The notes: a model not told the origin generated them from the sequence alone. Positions 18,536 through 28,740 are shown, counted from the stretch's first letter. The stretch is DNA of 63,097 bases from a virus (IMGVR_UViG_3300028840_003063:1-63097), one strand, 5' to 3'. Numbers and translations are program-made.

Positions 18536-18652
18536 AGAGCAAGCGGAGTTTATGTTAAGAAAAATACCACAATGGATGAAAGAAAAATTAATTAAACAAT
18601 GGTACGCGGATAACATAATAAAAAAATATAACATTTTTTATAAAAATAATAC

Positions 18653-18681
18653 TTGAAATTTTTTAAGGAAAAGCGTATAAT
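18653..18681 (+). promoter_or_regulatory. sigma70-type promoter
   Basis: TTGAAA-17-TATAAT. Confidence 0.65.
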
Positions 18682-18687
18682 AAGAAC

Positions 18688-18843
18688 ATGAAAGAAATAA
18701 AAATAAAAATTAACGACTTAATGTATTCAAATCTTGAAAATATATCTAAAAATGAGAATAAAAGCATATCTTATATGATAAAAGAAATTATTATAAGTTA
18801 TATTGATTTCCAAAAAGATTTATTAGAAGATATAGAAAACTAA
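18688..18843 (+). CDS. 51-aa ribbon-helix-helix-like regulator, probably leaderless
   Basis: MKEIKIKINDLMYSNLENISKNENKSISYMIKEII; not in the ORF track. Confidence 0.55.
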   Translation: MKEIKIKINDLMYSNLENISKNENKSISYMIKEIIISYIDFQKDLLEDIEN

Positions 18844-19126
18844 AATTTATTTTAAGGGGGTAATATGAATTGTGCAAAATGTATACATTATAGTTATAAC
18901 CCATTTGGGGGGAGATGTAAAAAAAGGAATAGATAATGATAGAAAATAGGCAACGTTATCCAGAAAGTAATGGTTTAATTGAATATGATTTATATTCATC
19001 TTTAATGGAGGCTAATATATTTGTTAATAATAAATTAAAAAGAAAAACTTATATATGTACAAAAATAAAAAAAATAATTACATGCGATAATAAAAGTTTT
19101 TTAGAAATTCATTTAAAGGGGTAAGC

Positions 19127-20614
19127 ATGATTACTAAATTAACAAAAGAGCAAGAAGAAAAGTTAAAAGAATATCGGGATAAATATATTAAAATTGGGTT
19201 AAACACAGACAGAATAGACAAGGAGCAATGCATAAAAGACATGCATGAAATATATAAAAATTTGCTAAACAGAAAAAAAACGCCCGTTGTAATATTAGAT
19301 AATCCTTTTCATTGTTGGATAGCGGTTAATATGTTTAATCAAGTTAGTGATCAAGTTAGGAATCAAGTTAGGGATCAAGTTAGTGATCAAGTTAGTGATC
19401 AAGTTTGGAATCAAGTTTGGAATCAAGTTTGGAATCAAGTTAGGGATCAAGTTAGTGATCAAGTTTGGAATCAAGTTAGGGATCAAGTTAGGAATCAAGT
19501 TTGGAATCAAGTTTGGAATCAAGTTTGGAATCAAGTTAGGGATCAAGTTAGTGATCAAGTTTGGAATCAAGTTAGTGATCAAGTTAGGGATCAAGTTAGT
19601 GATCAAGTTTGGAATCAAGTTAGGAATCAAGTTAGGGATCAAGTTAGGAATCAAGTTTGGAATCAAGTTAGGAATCAAGTTTGGAATCAAGTTTGGAATC
19701 AAGTTAGGGATCAAGTTAGTGATCAAGTTTGGAATCAAGTTAGGGATCAAGTTAGGAATCAAGTTAGGAATCAAGTTAGGAATCAAGTTAGTGATCAAGT
19801 TAGTGATCAAGTTAGTGATCAAGTTTGGAATCAAGTTAGGGATCATAAATTGCTTTTCTATATAAGCCCTTATTTTCAAGGTAGTTATGACTCCTATATT
19901 TTTTCTTTTTATAATTTTTTTATAAAAGAATTAAATATAAATATAAAGAAAGGTCTATCGAAAAAATATAAAATATGGGAAAAGACACTAAAATATAATT
20001 TAATATTCCCGTTAAATAATATTTGTTTTGTTTCTGAAAAACCGTTAGAGATAAATAAAAACGGAAGAGGGTTGCATGCAGATGGAAAACCAGCAATAAT
20101 ATATGCAGGTAGTCAAGAATATTATTATTTAAACGGGATTAATGTCCCGAAAGAGCTAGTTATGACACCAAAAGAAGAATTAGATTGTAAAATGTTATAT
20201 AATATAGATAATATAGAGGTTAGACAAGAGTTTATTAAAAAGGTTGGTTTAGAAAAAATTTTAAAAGATTTAAAATGTGAGATAATAGATAAAATAAACG
20301 CTAATGATTTATATAGACAAAAAAAAATAGGGTCATGGTTTCAACAAGGAGATGTTATTTTAGAGCCAGAATATGAAAATATTATTGAATATAAAGATTT
20401 AAAGCTAACATTTAAAAAAAAATTAAAAAATATAAATTATGAATTAATAAACTTACAAATAAATGATAATGAAGTTAGGCCATATTTAAAAATGACTAAT
20501 GCAAGTTTATTAAATAAAACGCACATAGAAGGCGTTTCAAAAGAATGTAAGACGGTTTTTGATGCTCTTTGTTGGAGAAATCAAAAAAATACATTGCCGT
20601 GTTATTTAACTTAA
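19127..20614 (+). CDS. DUF6745-like protein with QV(W/R/S)(N/D) tetrapeptide repeats
   Basis: Repeat block followed by FVSEKP...LHADGKPAIIY...YYLNGINV...NIEVR. Confidence 0.75.
   Translation: MITKLTKEQEEKLKEYRDKYIKIGLNTDRIDKEQCIKDMHEIYKNLLNRKKTPVVILDNPFHCWIAVNMFNQVSDQVRNQVRDQVSDQVSDQVWNQVWNQVWNQVRDQVSDQVWNQVRDQVRNQVWNQVWNQVWNQVRDQVSDQVWNQVSDQVRDQVSDQVWNQVRNQVRDQVRNQVWNQVRNQVWNQVWNQVRDQVSDQVWNQVRDQVRNQVRNQVRNQVSDQVSDQVSDQVWNQVRDHKLLFYISPYFQGSYDSYIFSFYNFFIKELNINIKKGLSKKYKIWEKTLKYNLIFPLNNICFVSEKPLEINKNGRGLHADGKPAIIYAGSQEYYYLNGINVPKELVMTPKEELDCKMLYNIDNIEVRQEFIKKVGLEKILKDLKCEIIDKINANDLYRQKKIGSWFQQGDVILEPEYENIIEYKDLKLTFKKKLKNINYELINLQINDNEVRPYLKMTNASLLNKTHIEGVSKECKTVFDALCWRNQKNTLPCYLT
19337..19845 (+). 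repeat. 12-nt tandem repeat, about 42 copies, four variants
   Basis: CAAGTT followed by TGGAAT, AGGGAT, AGTGAT or AGGAAT. Confidence 0.95.
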
Positions 20615-20625
20615 AGGGGGATTAT

Positions 20626-20904
20626 ATGAGAAATTTTAATTTTAAAGAAATCAAAAAAGAAAAACAGGGGGGTAAAATAATAGCCATGGGGGAAACAACA
20701 CATAAACATCAAATTAAAGATGATAACATAGAATTATATAAAAGCCTTGAAGATGAATGTTTATTATTAAAAGTATTAAAAAAACCTGTGGAAATCACAC
20801 ACGAAGAACATAAAAAAATTGAGTTAATGCCAACGAATTATAAAAGACGATTTGTCAGGGAATACGACCATATAAAAGAAGAGGCGAGGAAAGTTATAGA
20901 CTAA
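20626..20904 (+). CDS. His-rich partner of the DUF6745-like protein
   Basis: GGGGG RBS before ATG 20626; GETTHKH...THEEH...REYD. Confidence 0.7.
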   Translation: MRNFNFKEIKKEKQGGKIIAMGETTHKHQIKDDNIELYKSLEDECLLLKVLKKPVEITHEEHKKIELMPTNYKRRFVREYDHIKEEARKVID

Positions 20905-20916
20905 GGAAATAAAAAC

Positions 20917-21858
20917 ATGATTGATTGTAAAAATGTATTAATAACAGGCGGAAGCGGGTTTTTAGGTAAAAATCTTGTTAAATATTTATTATCAAAAACT
21001 GATGCTAAGAAGATAATTATATATTCAAGAGATGAACATAAACATAATAAAATGCAAAAAGAAATTTATGACGAAATGGATAGGGTAAGATATTTTATAG
21101 GCGATGTAAGAGATGAAAAAAGATTAAAACAGGCTACTAGGGATGTTCATATAGTTATTCACGCAGCGGCTTTAAAATGCGTACCAAGCATTGAATATAA
21201 CCCAATAGAGGCGATAAAAACAAATGTAATTGGTACAACAAATATAATAGATGCTTGCGCGGAAAATAAGGTAGAAAAAGTTATAGGTATTAGCAGTGAT
21301 AAAGCGGTAAAAGCGTGCAATCTGTATGGTGGTACAAAGTTTTGTTTAGAAAAACTTTTTCAGTCAGCACATATATATTCACGTGGTCATAAAACAGAAT
21401 TTGTATGTGTAAGATATGGGAATGTTGCAAATTCAACAGGAAGTGTAATCCCCTTTTTTAAATATTTGATAAAAGAAGGGAAAAAAGAATTGCCGTTGAC
21501 CCATAAGAACATGTCAAGATTTTGGATAGATATAAAAGATGCAATTGAGTTGATATTATTAGCAATAGGCAGGGGTAAAAAAGGCGAAATTATAGTCCCT
21601 AAGTTAAAGTCTTTTTATATTAAAGATTTAATTGAGGCGTTAGATTATCATTACCGTATTGTGGGTATACGGGAAGGTGAAAAAATTTATGAAGAAATGT
21701 TATCTATAAATGAAAATTCTATTTTTTGTGATAATTATTTTAAAGTTATCCATTCTTCTGAAAGCAATACACTAGCCTCTAAAAGAGAATATCGTAGTGA
21801 CATAAATGAATTTATGACAATTGATGAAATAAAATCAAAAATAGGTGAGCTTGTATGA
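20917..21858 (+). CDS. pseB: UDP-GlcNAc 4,6-dehydratase (inverting), PseB/FlaA1 type
   Basis: TGGSGFLG, YSRDEHK, HAAALKCVP, EYNPIEAIKTNVIG, SSDKA, NLYGGTK, VRYGNV. Confidence 0.85.
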   Translation: MIDCKNVLITGGSGFLGKNLVKYLLSKTDAKKIIIYSRDEHKHNKMQKEIYDEMDRVRYFIGDVRDEKRLKQATRDVHIVIHAAALKCVPSIEYNPIEAIKTNVIGTTNIIDACAENKVEKVIGISSDKAVKACNLYGGTKFCLEKLFQSAHIYSRGHKTEFVCVRYGNVANSTGSVIPFFKYLIKEGKKELPLTHKNMSRFWIDIKDAIELILLAIGRGKKGEIIVPKLKSFYIKDLIEALDYHYRIVGIREGEKIYEEMLSINENSIFCDNYFKVIHSSESNTLASKREYRSDINEFMTIDEIKSKIGELV

Positions 21859-22325
21859 AAGCATTTATTATGTGTGGCCTTATTGGAAGTGGTAAAAGCA
21901 CAAAAGCAAAACAGCTAGCAAAAGAAAATAACGCTTTGCTTATATGCAAAGATAAACTTAGAGAAATGATTTATGGTAAATATGCATATAAAGAAGACGA
22001 TGAAGTTTTAATTGATAATATAGTATATGGGATAATAAAAAATTTTAGTTTTTTTGGGGTAAATATGGTTATAGATGAATGCCATTTAAAAACTTATGAT
22101 AGGTTTTATTTAATTAAAATATTAAAAAAACTTGGATATAATGTAACGCTTATATTTTGTTTGGAAAATAAAACTAATTTAAAAAACAGAGCAAATAATT
22201 TGCGAGGCATATCATTAAAAAGATGGGGCGGTGTACTAGAAACTCAAAAGCAGCAACTTGAAAAGCCTACAAAAGAAGAGTGTAATAAATTAGGTATAGA
22301 TTATATAGAATGGAATATACCATAA
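21855..22325 (+). CDS. P-loop kinase (AAA_33/polynucleotide-kinase-like)
   Basis: CGLIGSGKST; DKLREM. Confidence 0.75.
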   Translation: MKAFIMCGLIGSGKSTKAKQLAKENNALLICKDKLREMIYGKYAYKEDDEVLIDNIVYGIIKNFSFFGVNMVIDECHLKTYDRFYLIKILKKLGYNVTLIFCLENKTNLKNRANNLRGISLKRWGGVLETQKQQLEKPTKEECNKLGIDYIEWNIP

Positions 22326-22547
22326 AAAAAAATTAAATTTGCAAAAAAAATAATTAAAAAAGGGGTAGCAATAATGTCAATATTAAAATTTTTTGCTTTT
22401 ATTCCAATAGCAACTTTATTTGTACCATTTATTTTAATAACGGTACAAATAAATATTAAGGTTTCACAAATATTATTATTTTTTCAAATTATGTTTTTTT
22501 TAATTCAAGTTGTTTGTATTGTTATTTTAATTGTAAAAGGATAATAA

Positions 22548-23564
22548 ATGATTGAAAAAATTACATGGATTGCCGATGTTTCTAGTAATTGGGAATCCCT
22601 AGATCATGCTAAAAAAATAATAGAAGAATGCAAGAAGATAGGTGTAGACTATGTTAAGTTTCAATCATTTAAAGCTGATAGTATAGTTTCTAAAAAAACT
22701 TTTAATAGCTTAAAAACAGCTCATCAAAAAGACTGGGACAGCGTGTATGACGTTTATAAAAAATATGAATTACCCGATGGCTGGGTTTACAAGCTATATA
22801 AATGCTGTAAAGAAAACAATGTTGGTTTCATGTCCTCGCCTTATAGTTTAGAGGTTGTTGATTGGCTTGATCCGTATCAAAATTATATTAAATTAGGCTC
22901 AGGAGAAATCACACATAAAGATATGCTAATAAAATGTTCTCAAATGAATAAACCTATTATTTTGGCAGTAGGTGCTAGCACAAGAGGCGATATATCAAGA
23001 GCAATGAATATATTAAGAAATAATAAAGTTATATTAATGCAATGTAACACTTCATATGATGGTAACGATAAATATAATCTTAATCACCTTAATATAAGTG
23101 CTATAAGTTTTCTAAGACAATATGGCTGTGAAGTTGGACTATCAGATCATAGCAAAAGCGATATTCCTATAATATCTGCAATTACATTAGGTGCTAGATA
23201 TATTGAAAGGCACATTAAATTAGATGATAATGATAGCCCAGATGATAAATTTTCCTTGACAATAAAAGAATTTTCTGATATGATACAGATGGGTAATCAA
23301 ACCTTACAAACGCTAGGAAACGGTATAAAAAATATTGAAGAAAACGAAAGACAAACACATATAGTTCAACGTAGAAGTTGGCACGCAACACGAGACATAA
23401 AAGCCGGAGAATTTATTAGAAAACAAGATATAATAGCGTTAAGACCATGTAAAAAAGATGGTATAAGTCCTATGTATAATATAACAAGTTGTCAAGCAAG
23501 TGTTAATATTAAGCAAGGCGACTATATTAGATTAAGAGATTTAAGCCGGGGGTATCCATATTAA
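22548..23564 (+). CDS. Nonulosonate synthase (NeuB/PseI family) with C-terminal SAF domain
   Basis: VKFQSF, KLGSGEI, VGLSDHS, IERH, RRSWHATRDIKAGE...RP. Confidence 0.88.
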   Translation: MIEKITWIADVSSNWESLDHAKKIIEECKKIGVDYVKFQSFKADSIVSKKTFNSLKTAHQKDWDSVYDVYKKYELPDGWVYKLYKCCKENNVGFMSSPYSLEVVDWLDPYQNYIKLGSGEITHKDMLIKCSQMNKPIILAVGASTRGDISRAMNILRNNKVILMQCNTSYDGNDKYNLNHLNISAISFLRQYGCEVGLSDHSKSDIPIISAITLGARYIERHIKLDDNDSPDDKFSLTIKEFSDMIQMGNQTLQTLGNGIKNIEENERQTHIVQRRSWHATRDIKAGEFIRKQDIIALRPCKKDGISPMYNITSCQASVNIKQGDYIRLRDLSRGYPY

Positions 23565-25062
23565 AATTTTACTCATTAGTCCTATTACATACCCATCAAT
23601 AGATCAGTTTATAGAAGATTCTAAACGAATGAAAATAAATTCCGATGAACCAATTGGATTGATGTATATAAGTTCATATATTAAACAACATTTATCAGGG
23701 GTCAAATGTGAAGTGTTTGACTGGCACATTTCAATGTTAAAGCTTTTTAAAACATATAAAAACAAAGAAAATATTTATTCAAAAAATATAATTATCCATG
23801 AATTAGAAGAAAAGATAAAAAAATATAAGCCGGATGTTGTAGGAATTTCAGCATTATATGAGCTGAATAGTAATATAGCACTGGAAGTGGCAAAAATAAT
23901 TAAAGACATGAATAAAGACATAATAATAGTTATGGGTGGTATGTATGCAACTACTTATTATCAAGAATTAAAAAAAAACAATAATATAGATTATGTAGTC
24001 TATGGAGAAGGTGAATATAACTTTTATTTAATAATAAAAAGTTTATTAGGGTATTTGGGAGAACATGAAGAATCTGATTTTGCCTGGTGTGGTGTAAAAA
24101 AATTAGACAGCTTGCCACTCCCAGATAGATCAACTATACCTATTGGTGAATATAGTATTATAGGGCGTACGGTTGTAGATCGTGTATATAAAGAAAATTG
24201 TAGGGTGGCAATAATACAAATAAGCAGGGGATGCCCTCAAAAATGTTCGTATTGTTCGGGTCATACTATATCAAATAGAAACTATAGAACAAGGTCAATA
24301 GAGTCAATTGTTGATGAAATAAAAATGCTTCAAAAAAAATATGATATTGAGGTGTTTTTATTTAATGAAGAGAACCCGTCTGTCAATATGAAACACACAA
24401 AAGAATTATATAAAGCTTTAATGCCATTAAATATAAAATGGATAAGTAATTCAGGATTTTATGTTAGTAACATGGATAAAGAGTTTGCAGAGCTAGCTAT
24501 AAAAAGTGGCTTATTGTATTTTAACTTGGCTTTTGAATCGGGTTCTAAAAGAATGCTTAAAATAATGAATAAATCTGAAAAAATTATTGACAATGCAGAA
24601 AATGTAATGAAGTGGATAAGAGACGTTAAGAACGATATATATGTTATAGGGTTTTATATGTTCGGGTTTGTAGATGAAACATGGCAAGATGTTAATTTGT
24701 CAATAGAATTTATGAAAAAATTAGATTTAGATTGGTATCAAATAAACATGTTACAAGCTTTTAAAGGTTCAAGTTTATACGAAGATTATAAAGAAAAAGG
24801 GTATTTAAAACAGAAAAAAAACAACGAACTGCATTATATTGAAAGCACTATACAGGGTAGTATTATAAATCCAAAAGAATTAAGTGATTATATATATAAA
24901 AAAGTAAACATAGATTTAAATTTTAAAAATAATCGTTGTATGAGAGTTGGTAATTATGCGCAAGTTAAACGTGATATGGCTCATATATTAAATATAACAA
25001 ATAATTCTCATGTTTGGGCAAAAAAAATACTTGACAAAATAAATAAAATAGGACGGAAATAG
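23560..25062 (+). CDS. Cobalamin-binding radical SAM enzyme (methyltransferase type); probable ATT start at 23560, first ATG at 23629
   Basis: PIGLMYISS, GG..AT, GEGE, SRGCPQKCSYC, FESGS. Confidence 0.85.
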   Translation: MKILLISPITYPSIDQFIEDSKRMKINSDEPIGLMYISSYIKQHLSGVKCEVFDWHISMLKLFKTYKNKENIYSKNIIIHELEEKIKKYKPDVVGISALYELNSNIALEVAKIIKDMNKDIIIVMGGMYATTYYQELKKNNNIDYVVYGEGEYNFYLIIKSLLGYLGEHEESDFAWCGVKKLDSLPLPDRSTIPIGEYSIIGRTVVDRVYKENCRVAIIQISRGCPQKCSYCSGHTISNRNYRTRSIESIVDEIKMLQKKYDIEVFLFNEENPSVNMKHTKELYKALMPLNIKWISNSGFYVSNMDKEFAELAIKSGLLYFNLAFESGSKRMLKIMNKSEKIIDNAENVMKWIRDVKNDIYVIGFYMFGFVDETWQDVNLSIEFMKKLDLDWYQINMLQAFKGSSLYEDYKEKGYLKQKKNNELHYIESTIQGSIINPKELSDYIYKKVNIDLNFKNNRCMRVGNYAQVKRDMAHILNITNNSHVWAKKILDKINKIGRK

Positions 25063-25180
25063 CCTCTTGTATAGAGGTGTTTTAAATAAAAAGTAGATAT
25101 ATTTGCTGGGTGGTTACCTCCCGCCCAGCATCATTTAAAGGGGGAAATATGATATTTTTAATTATATTACTTATGAGTTA

Positions 25181-25471
25181 TTGCCTATATTTAAGCAATA
25201 TTTAGCTACCGAATATCCTGAATACGAAAAAGATATATACGAAAAAATAAGCCCAAATAATACAATAGTTTATTTTGCTAAATATCCAGAATTAAAGAAT
25301 ATTGAAGGTGTAAAATTATTAGTTGAAAAGATAAATACAATAAGAGATACTATTTACGAAAAAGAACTAGAAAAATTAAAACTTGAAAAAAATATAAATA
25401 TGAGAAGAAAAAATAAATTATATATAAAGTGGCTTGTGCCTAAATATGTAAGAGAGATAGATGAAAATTAA
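25181..25471 (+). CDS. Hypothetical protein (5' end uncertain)
   Basis: TTG start; the RBS-linked ATG at 25149 is in another frame. Confidence 0.4.
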   Translation: MPIFKQYLATEYPEYEKDIYEKISPNNTIVYFAKYPELKNIEGVKLLVEKINTIRDTIYEKELEKLKLEKNINMRRKNKLYIKWLVPKYVREIDEN

Positions 25472-25973
25472 AAGACTTGAAAAAGAAAATTTATATCCTA
25501 TGTCACAGATACGCAATAAACATATTAAATATCTTCGCCAATTTACACCGTTAAATATGCAAGATCAAGAAAAATGGTTTGAAAGCACGAACGATTTATA
25601 CTGGTCTATTTTAGATGATAAAAAAATAAACCTCATATATGAGTTTGATGAAACAATTGGTGCTATCGGCTTAACTCAAATAGATATGGTATCACGCAAA
25701 GCAGAGCTTAGTTTTGTGGTTGATGATTATCAGAGTCTTAAAGATTATGATAGCGTTTTATATGAAGTTTTAGAATACGCATTTACTATACTTAATCTTA
25801 ATAAGGTGTTTTGTTTAGTTTATGAGTATGATCAGGCAAAACAAGACTTATTTGAAAAATGTAAATGGGAAATAGAGGGGATTGATAAAGAAGATAAATG
25901 CATGGGAGGGGTTTATTATAATACATATCGCTATGCAATATTTTGTAAGGATTATTTAGATAGGAGGCTATAA
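25461..25973 (+). CDS. GNAT N-acetyltransferase (PseH/RimJ-like)
   Basis: QEKWFES, IGAIGL..ID..SRKAE, YAF..LNLNKV. Confidence 0.8.
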   Translation: MKIKRLEKENLYPMSQIRNKHIKYLRQFTPLNMQDQEKWFESTNDLYWSILDDKKINLIYEFDETIGAIGLTQIDMVSRKAELSFVVDDYQSLKDYDSVLYEVLEYAFTILNLNKVFCLVYEYDQAKQDLFEKCKWEIEGIDKEDKCMGGVYYNTYRYAIFCKDYLDRRL

Positions 25974-26603
25974 ATGATTTTAGGCACAGCTAAGTTTGGG
26001 TTTGACTATAATGGTTTACAGGTAGAAAAAAAAGACGTATTTGACATACTAGATTATTACTACGAAAATGGTGGTAGATATATCGATACTGCGTTAAATT
26101 ATCGTGATGCGCAAAAGATATTAACAGAATGGCGAGGTCAAAACAATATAAATGATTTAAAAATATCTACTAAAATAGTTTATCAAGAAGACTATTCTAA
26201 ATGCATGGATGAATTAAAACTTGATAAAATATATTGTGTGCTAGCAAGGGATTCGGCTAATAATGATACGATAGAATTTTTAAAAGATCAAAAAAACTGT
26301 GGTGATATAGAAAAATTTGGAATATCGATCTACTATCCAAAAGAGATTAGGCAAGATGTAAATATCGTATTTATAGAGAACTCATATAAACTATGGGAAA
26401 ATTATTTAAGTGGGATGATATTACACGCTGATATACATATTAGATCGTTTTTTAATAAAAATGATAAAAATGTTAATCGTGCTTACTTAGATTATTCACG
26501 ATTTAAAGTTTACGGAAGAAAAGATTTAAATCATAGTGTAAACGCGGTTATAGGCGTGAGTAATTTAGAACAATTACAAATTAATATGGGGTTATTTAAA
26601 TGA
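25974..26603 (+). CDS. Aldo/keto reductase (shortened)
   Basis: LGTAKFG..Y, IDTALNY, STK, GISIY, IGVSNLEQL..N. Confidence 0.8.
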   Translation: MILGTAKFGFDYNGLQVEKKDVFDILDYYYENGGRYIDTALNYRDAQKILTEWRGQNNINDLKISTKIVYQEDYSKCMDELKLDKIYCVLARDSANNDTIEFLKDQKNCGDIEKFGISIYYPKEIRQDVNIVFIENSYKLWENYLSGMILHADIHIRSFFNKNDKNVNRAYLDYSRFKVYGRKDLNHSVNAVIGVSNLEQLQINMGLFK

Positions 26604-27373
26604 AAAATAAAATCACATTTATTATATGCACTATGAATTCAATAGATACTATTAAACCATGCTTAGAGTCTGTCAAAGATTATCCTGTTATTTTAGTAGA
26701 CAAAGACTCAAAAGATGGAACCTTGGATGTTGCTTGGAAATATCCTAATGTTACAATAGTACATCAAGACGGCAAAGGATTAGCTAACGCGAGAAATGAG
26801 GGTTTAAAAAGAGTAAAAACTCCATATATATGTATGTTTGGCTCAGATAATGAATTAATAAAAGGCTTTGTTAATATAGATGCATTTATAGAATATTTAG
26901 ATCTTCAAGGGTGGGTAGGATTTTCTTTTAAAACTTTAGTTAAGTACAAAAATACCTATCTTGATAAGTGTTTAGATATATGGTGGAGAAAAAGATTTAC
27001 AGAAGGACAGCGTGAAGTTATAGGGACGCCATGCGTCTATAAAACAGATATATTAAAACAATTCATGTATGACGAAAACTGTACTCATTCGGATGACACC
27101 GATTTAGGCGCGAGATTAACCAAAGCAGGTTATAGACAAGGATATAGTCCATATTTTGTATATGATATAAGCAAGAATAGATTAAGTGATATAATAGATA
27201 GATGGTCTAGGTATGCAAAGTCAGACGCAGAATATCATAAGAAATATTGCAAGACATTTAAGCAAAAAGTAAAAAGTTATTTACACCCATTTAGAACGGA
27301 ATGGATATTTAACTTGACATACCTGCCGTTTTATATTATGATAAGCTTGATAAGATTTTCTAGGAGGTTTTAA
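26600..27373 (+). CDS. GT2 family glycosyltransferase
   Basis: IICTMNS, VD..SKDGT, GLANARNEG, DDTDLGARL. Confidence 0.88.
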   Translation: MKNKITFIICTMNSIDTIKPCLESVKDYPVILVDKDSKDGTLDVAWKYPNVTIVHQDGKGLANARNEGLKRVKTPYICMFGSDNELIKGFVNIDAFIEYLDLQGWVGFSFKTLVKYKNTYLDKCLDIWWRKRFTEGQREVIGTPCVYKTDILKQFMYDENCTHSDDTDLGARLTKAGYRQGYSPYFVYDISKNRLSDIIDRWSRYAKSDAEYHKKYCKTFKQKVKSYLHPFRTEWIFNLTYLPFYIMISLIRFSRRF

Positions 27374-27407
27374 TGGTAGTGTTAATAAGATTTTTTGGAA
27401 GATTTAA

Positions 27408-27848
27408 ATGATTAAAAGAGAGAAAAATATGGGGATATGGTTAATAATATTATATTGTTTAATATTTGGTGTTTTTAGTATAATACAAAAATATACAGCA
27501 AATAATTTGTCATGGCAAACACATATGACTTTTATATGGGGGTCAGCGTTTATATTTAATTTAATTTTTGTGTTTAGATTTGCAGAGTTTCAAGTTAGTA
27601 AATATACATGGGTATGTATAGGTTTAGGATTGTTAGCTTCGTTAGGTACCATATGTATGTATAAAGCTTTAAATTTATTACCTTTATCAAAAGTACACAT
27701 AATAAATAATTTTGTTTTTGTATTGCCTGTGTTATCGTCGTTTATAATATATGGTGAAAAAATTACCATAAGAAAAATAATAGCTATTATATTCGCGTTA
27801 ATAGCAATTATATTATTGCTGCCGTTTGAAGATTGGATAAAAAAATAA
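27408..27848 (+). CDS. EamA/DMT family small transporter
   Basis: About five hydrophobic helices; YKAL...PLS.V and GEKIT.RK. Confidence 0.75.
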   Translation: MIKREKNMGIWLIILYCLIFGVFSIIQKYTANNLSWQTHMTFIWGSAFIFNLIFVFRFAEFQVSKYTWVCIGLGLLASLGTICMYKALNLLPLSKVHIINNFVFVLPVLSSFIIYGEKITIRKIIAIIFALIAIILLLPFEDWIKK

Positions 27849-27861
27849 AAAAGGAGATTTT

Positions 27862-28596
27862 ATGATACTAGGGATGATCCAAGCTCGCCAGGGCTCAACT
27901 AGGCTTAAAGCTAAGTGCCTTAAATTAATCAAGGGTAAAACCGTATTAGAACACGTCTATAACAGGACAAACAAATCTCTTGTAGACAATGTGGTTATAG
28001 TTACAACAGCCAACAGTCCAAATATAATTAGATTATGCGAAGAAAAAGGATGGTTATATTTTGTTGGGGACGAAAACGATGTAATTGATAGATATTATCA
28101 ATACATTAAAAACAAGCCAGAAGTTAAGCATATTGTGAGGATTACAAGCGATCTGCCTGTAATTGATCCACAAATGATATCAAAGTGTATTATTTATCAT
28201 TTGAAAAGTGGTTATGATTTTACTACAAATGCATTATTAGGTAATGAGACCTGGCCTGATGGAATGGACGTGTATATACCAACAAGAGAAACTTTAATAA
28301 AATCTTGGAAAGAAGCGACAGGAAAACACAGGGAACATGTAACAACATACCCACAAGAAAATTCTGATTTGTTTAAAATAGGGCATTACGCAAGTAATGA
28401 GGATTTAAGTAATATTAGATTAACTATTGATTATCCAGAGGATTTAAAGTTAATAGAAAAGATTTATGATGGATTATATGATAAAGATAATTATTTTGGA
28501 CTAGATAAGATATTAGCTTATTTAAAAGAAAATCCAGACTTACTAAAAATAAATGAAAAATATAAAAGAAACGAATCTTATTATAATGTGGGATAA
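27862..28596 (+). CDS. Cytidylyltransferase, SpsF/PseF-like
   Basis: IQARQGSTRLKAK, GDENDVIDRY, VRITSD.P.IDP, REHVT, RLTIDYPED. Confidence 0.85.
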   Translation: MILGMIQARQGSTRLKAKCLKLIKGKTVLEHVYNRTNKSLVDNVVIVTTANSPNIIRLCEEKGWLYFVGDENDVIDRYYQYIKNKPEVKHIVRITSDLPVIDPQMISKCIIYHLKSGYDFTTNALLGNETWPDGMDVYIPTRETLIKSWKEATGKHREHVTTYPQENSDLFKIGHYASNEDLSNIRLTIDYPEDLKLIEKIYDGLYDKDNYFGLDKILAYLKENPDLLKINEKYKRNESYYNVG

Positions 28597-28740
28597 TATG
28601 AAAAAATATATTGTGGTCAGACAGACAAGAAGTTGTGGGCGGCTTGACGATGTAGAAGAGGCAGTTTTTTCAACAAAAGAAAAAGCTGAAAAATTTCTAC
28701 TAAAATCAAAAGCTACAAAAAGGATAAATAAGGATAAATA

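Noticed and set aside
19295-19879. ORFs 19295..19879 (-) and 19347..19865 (+)
   Set aside because: Shadow frames of the stop-free 12-nt repeat; the 19127..20614 frame has unique flanking domains.
25031-25060. TTGACA at the end of the radical SAM gene as a promoter
   Set aside because: No acceptable -10 element at 16-18 nt spacing.
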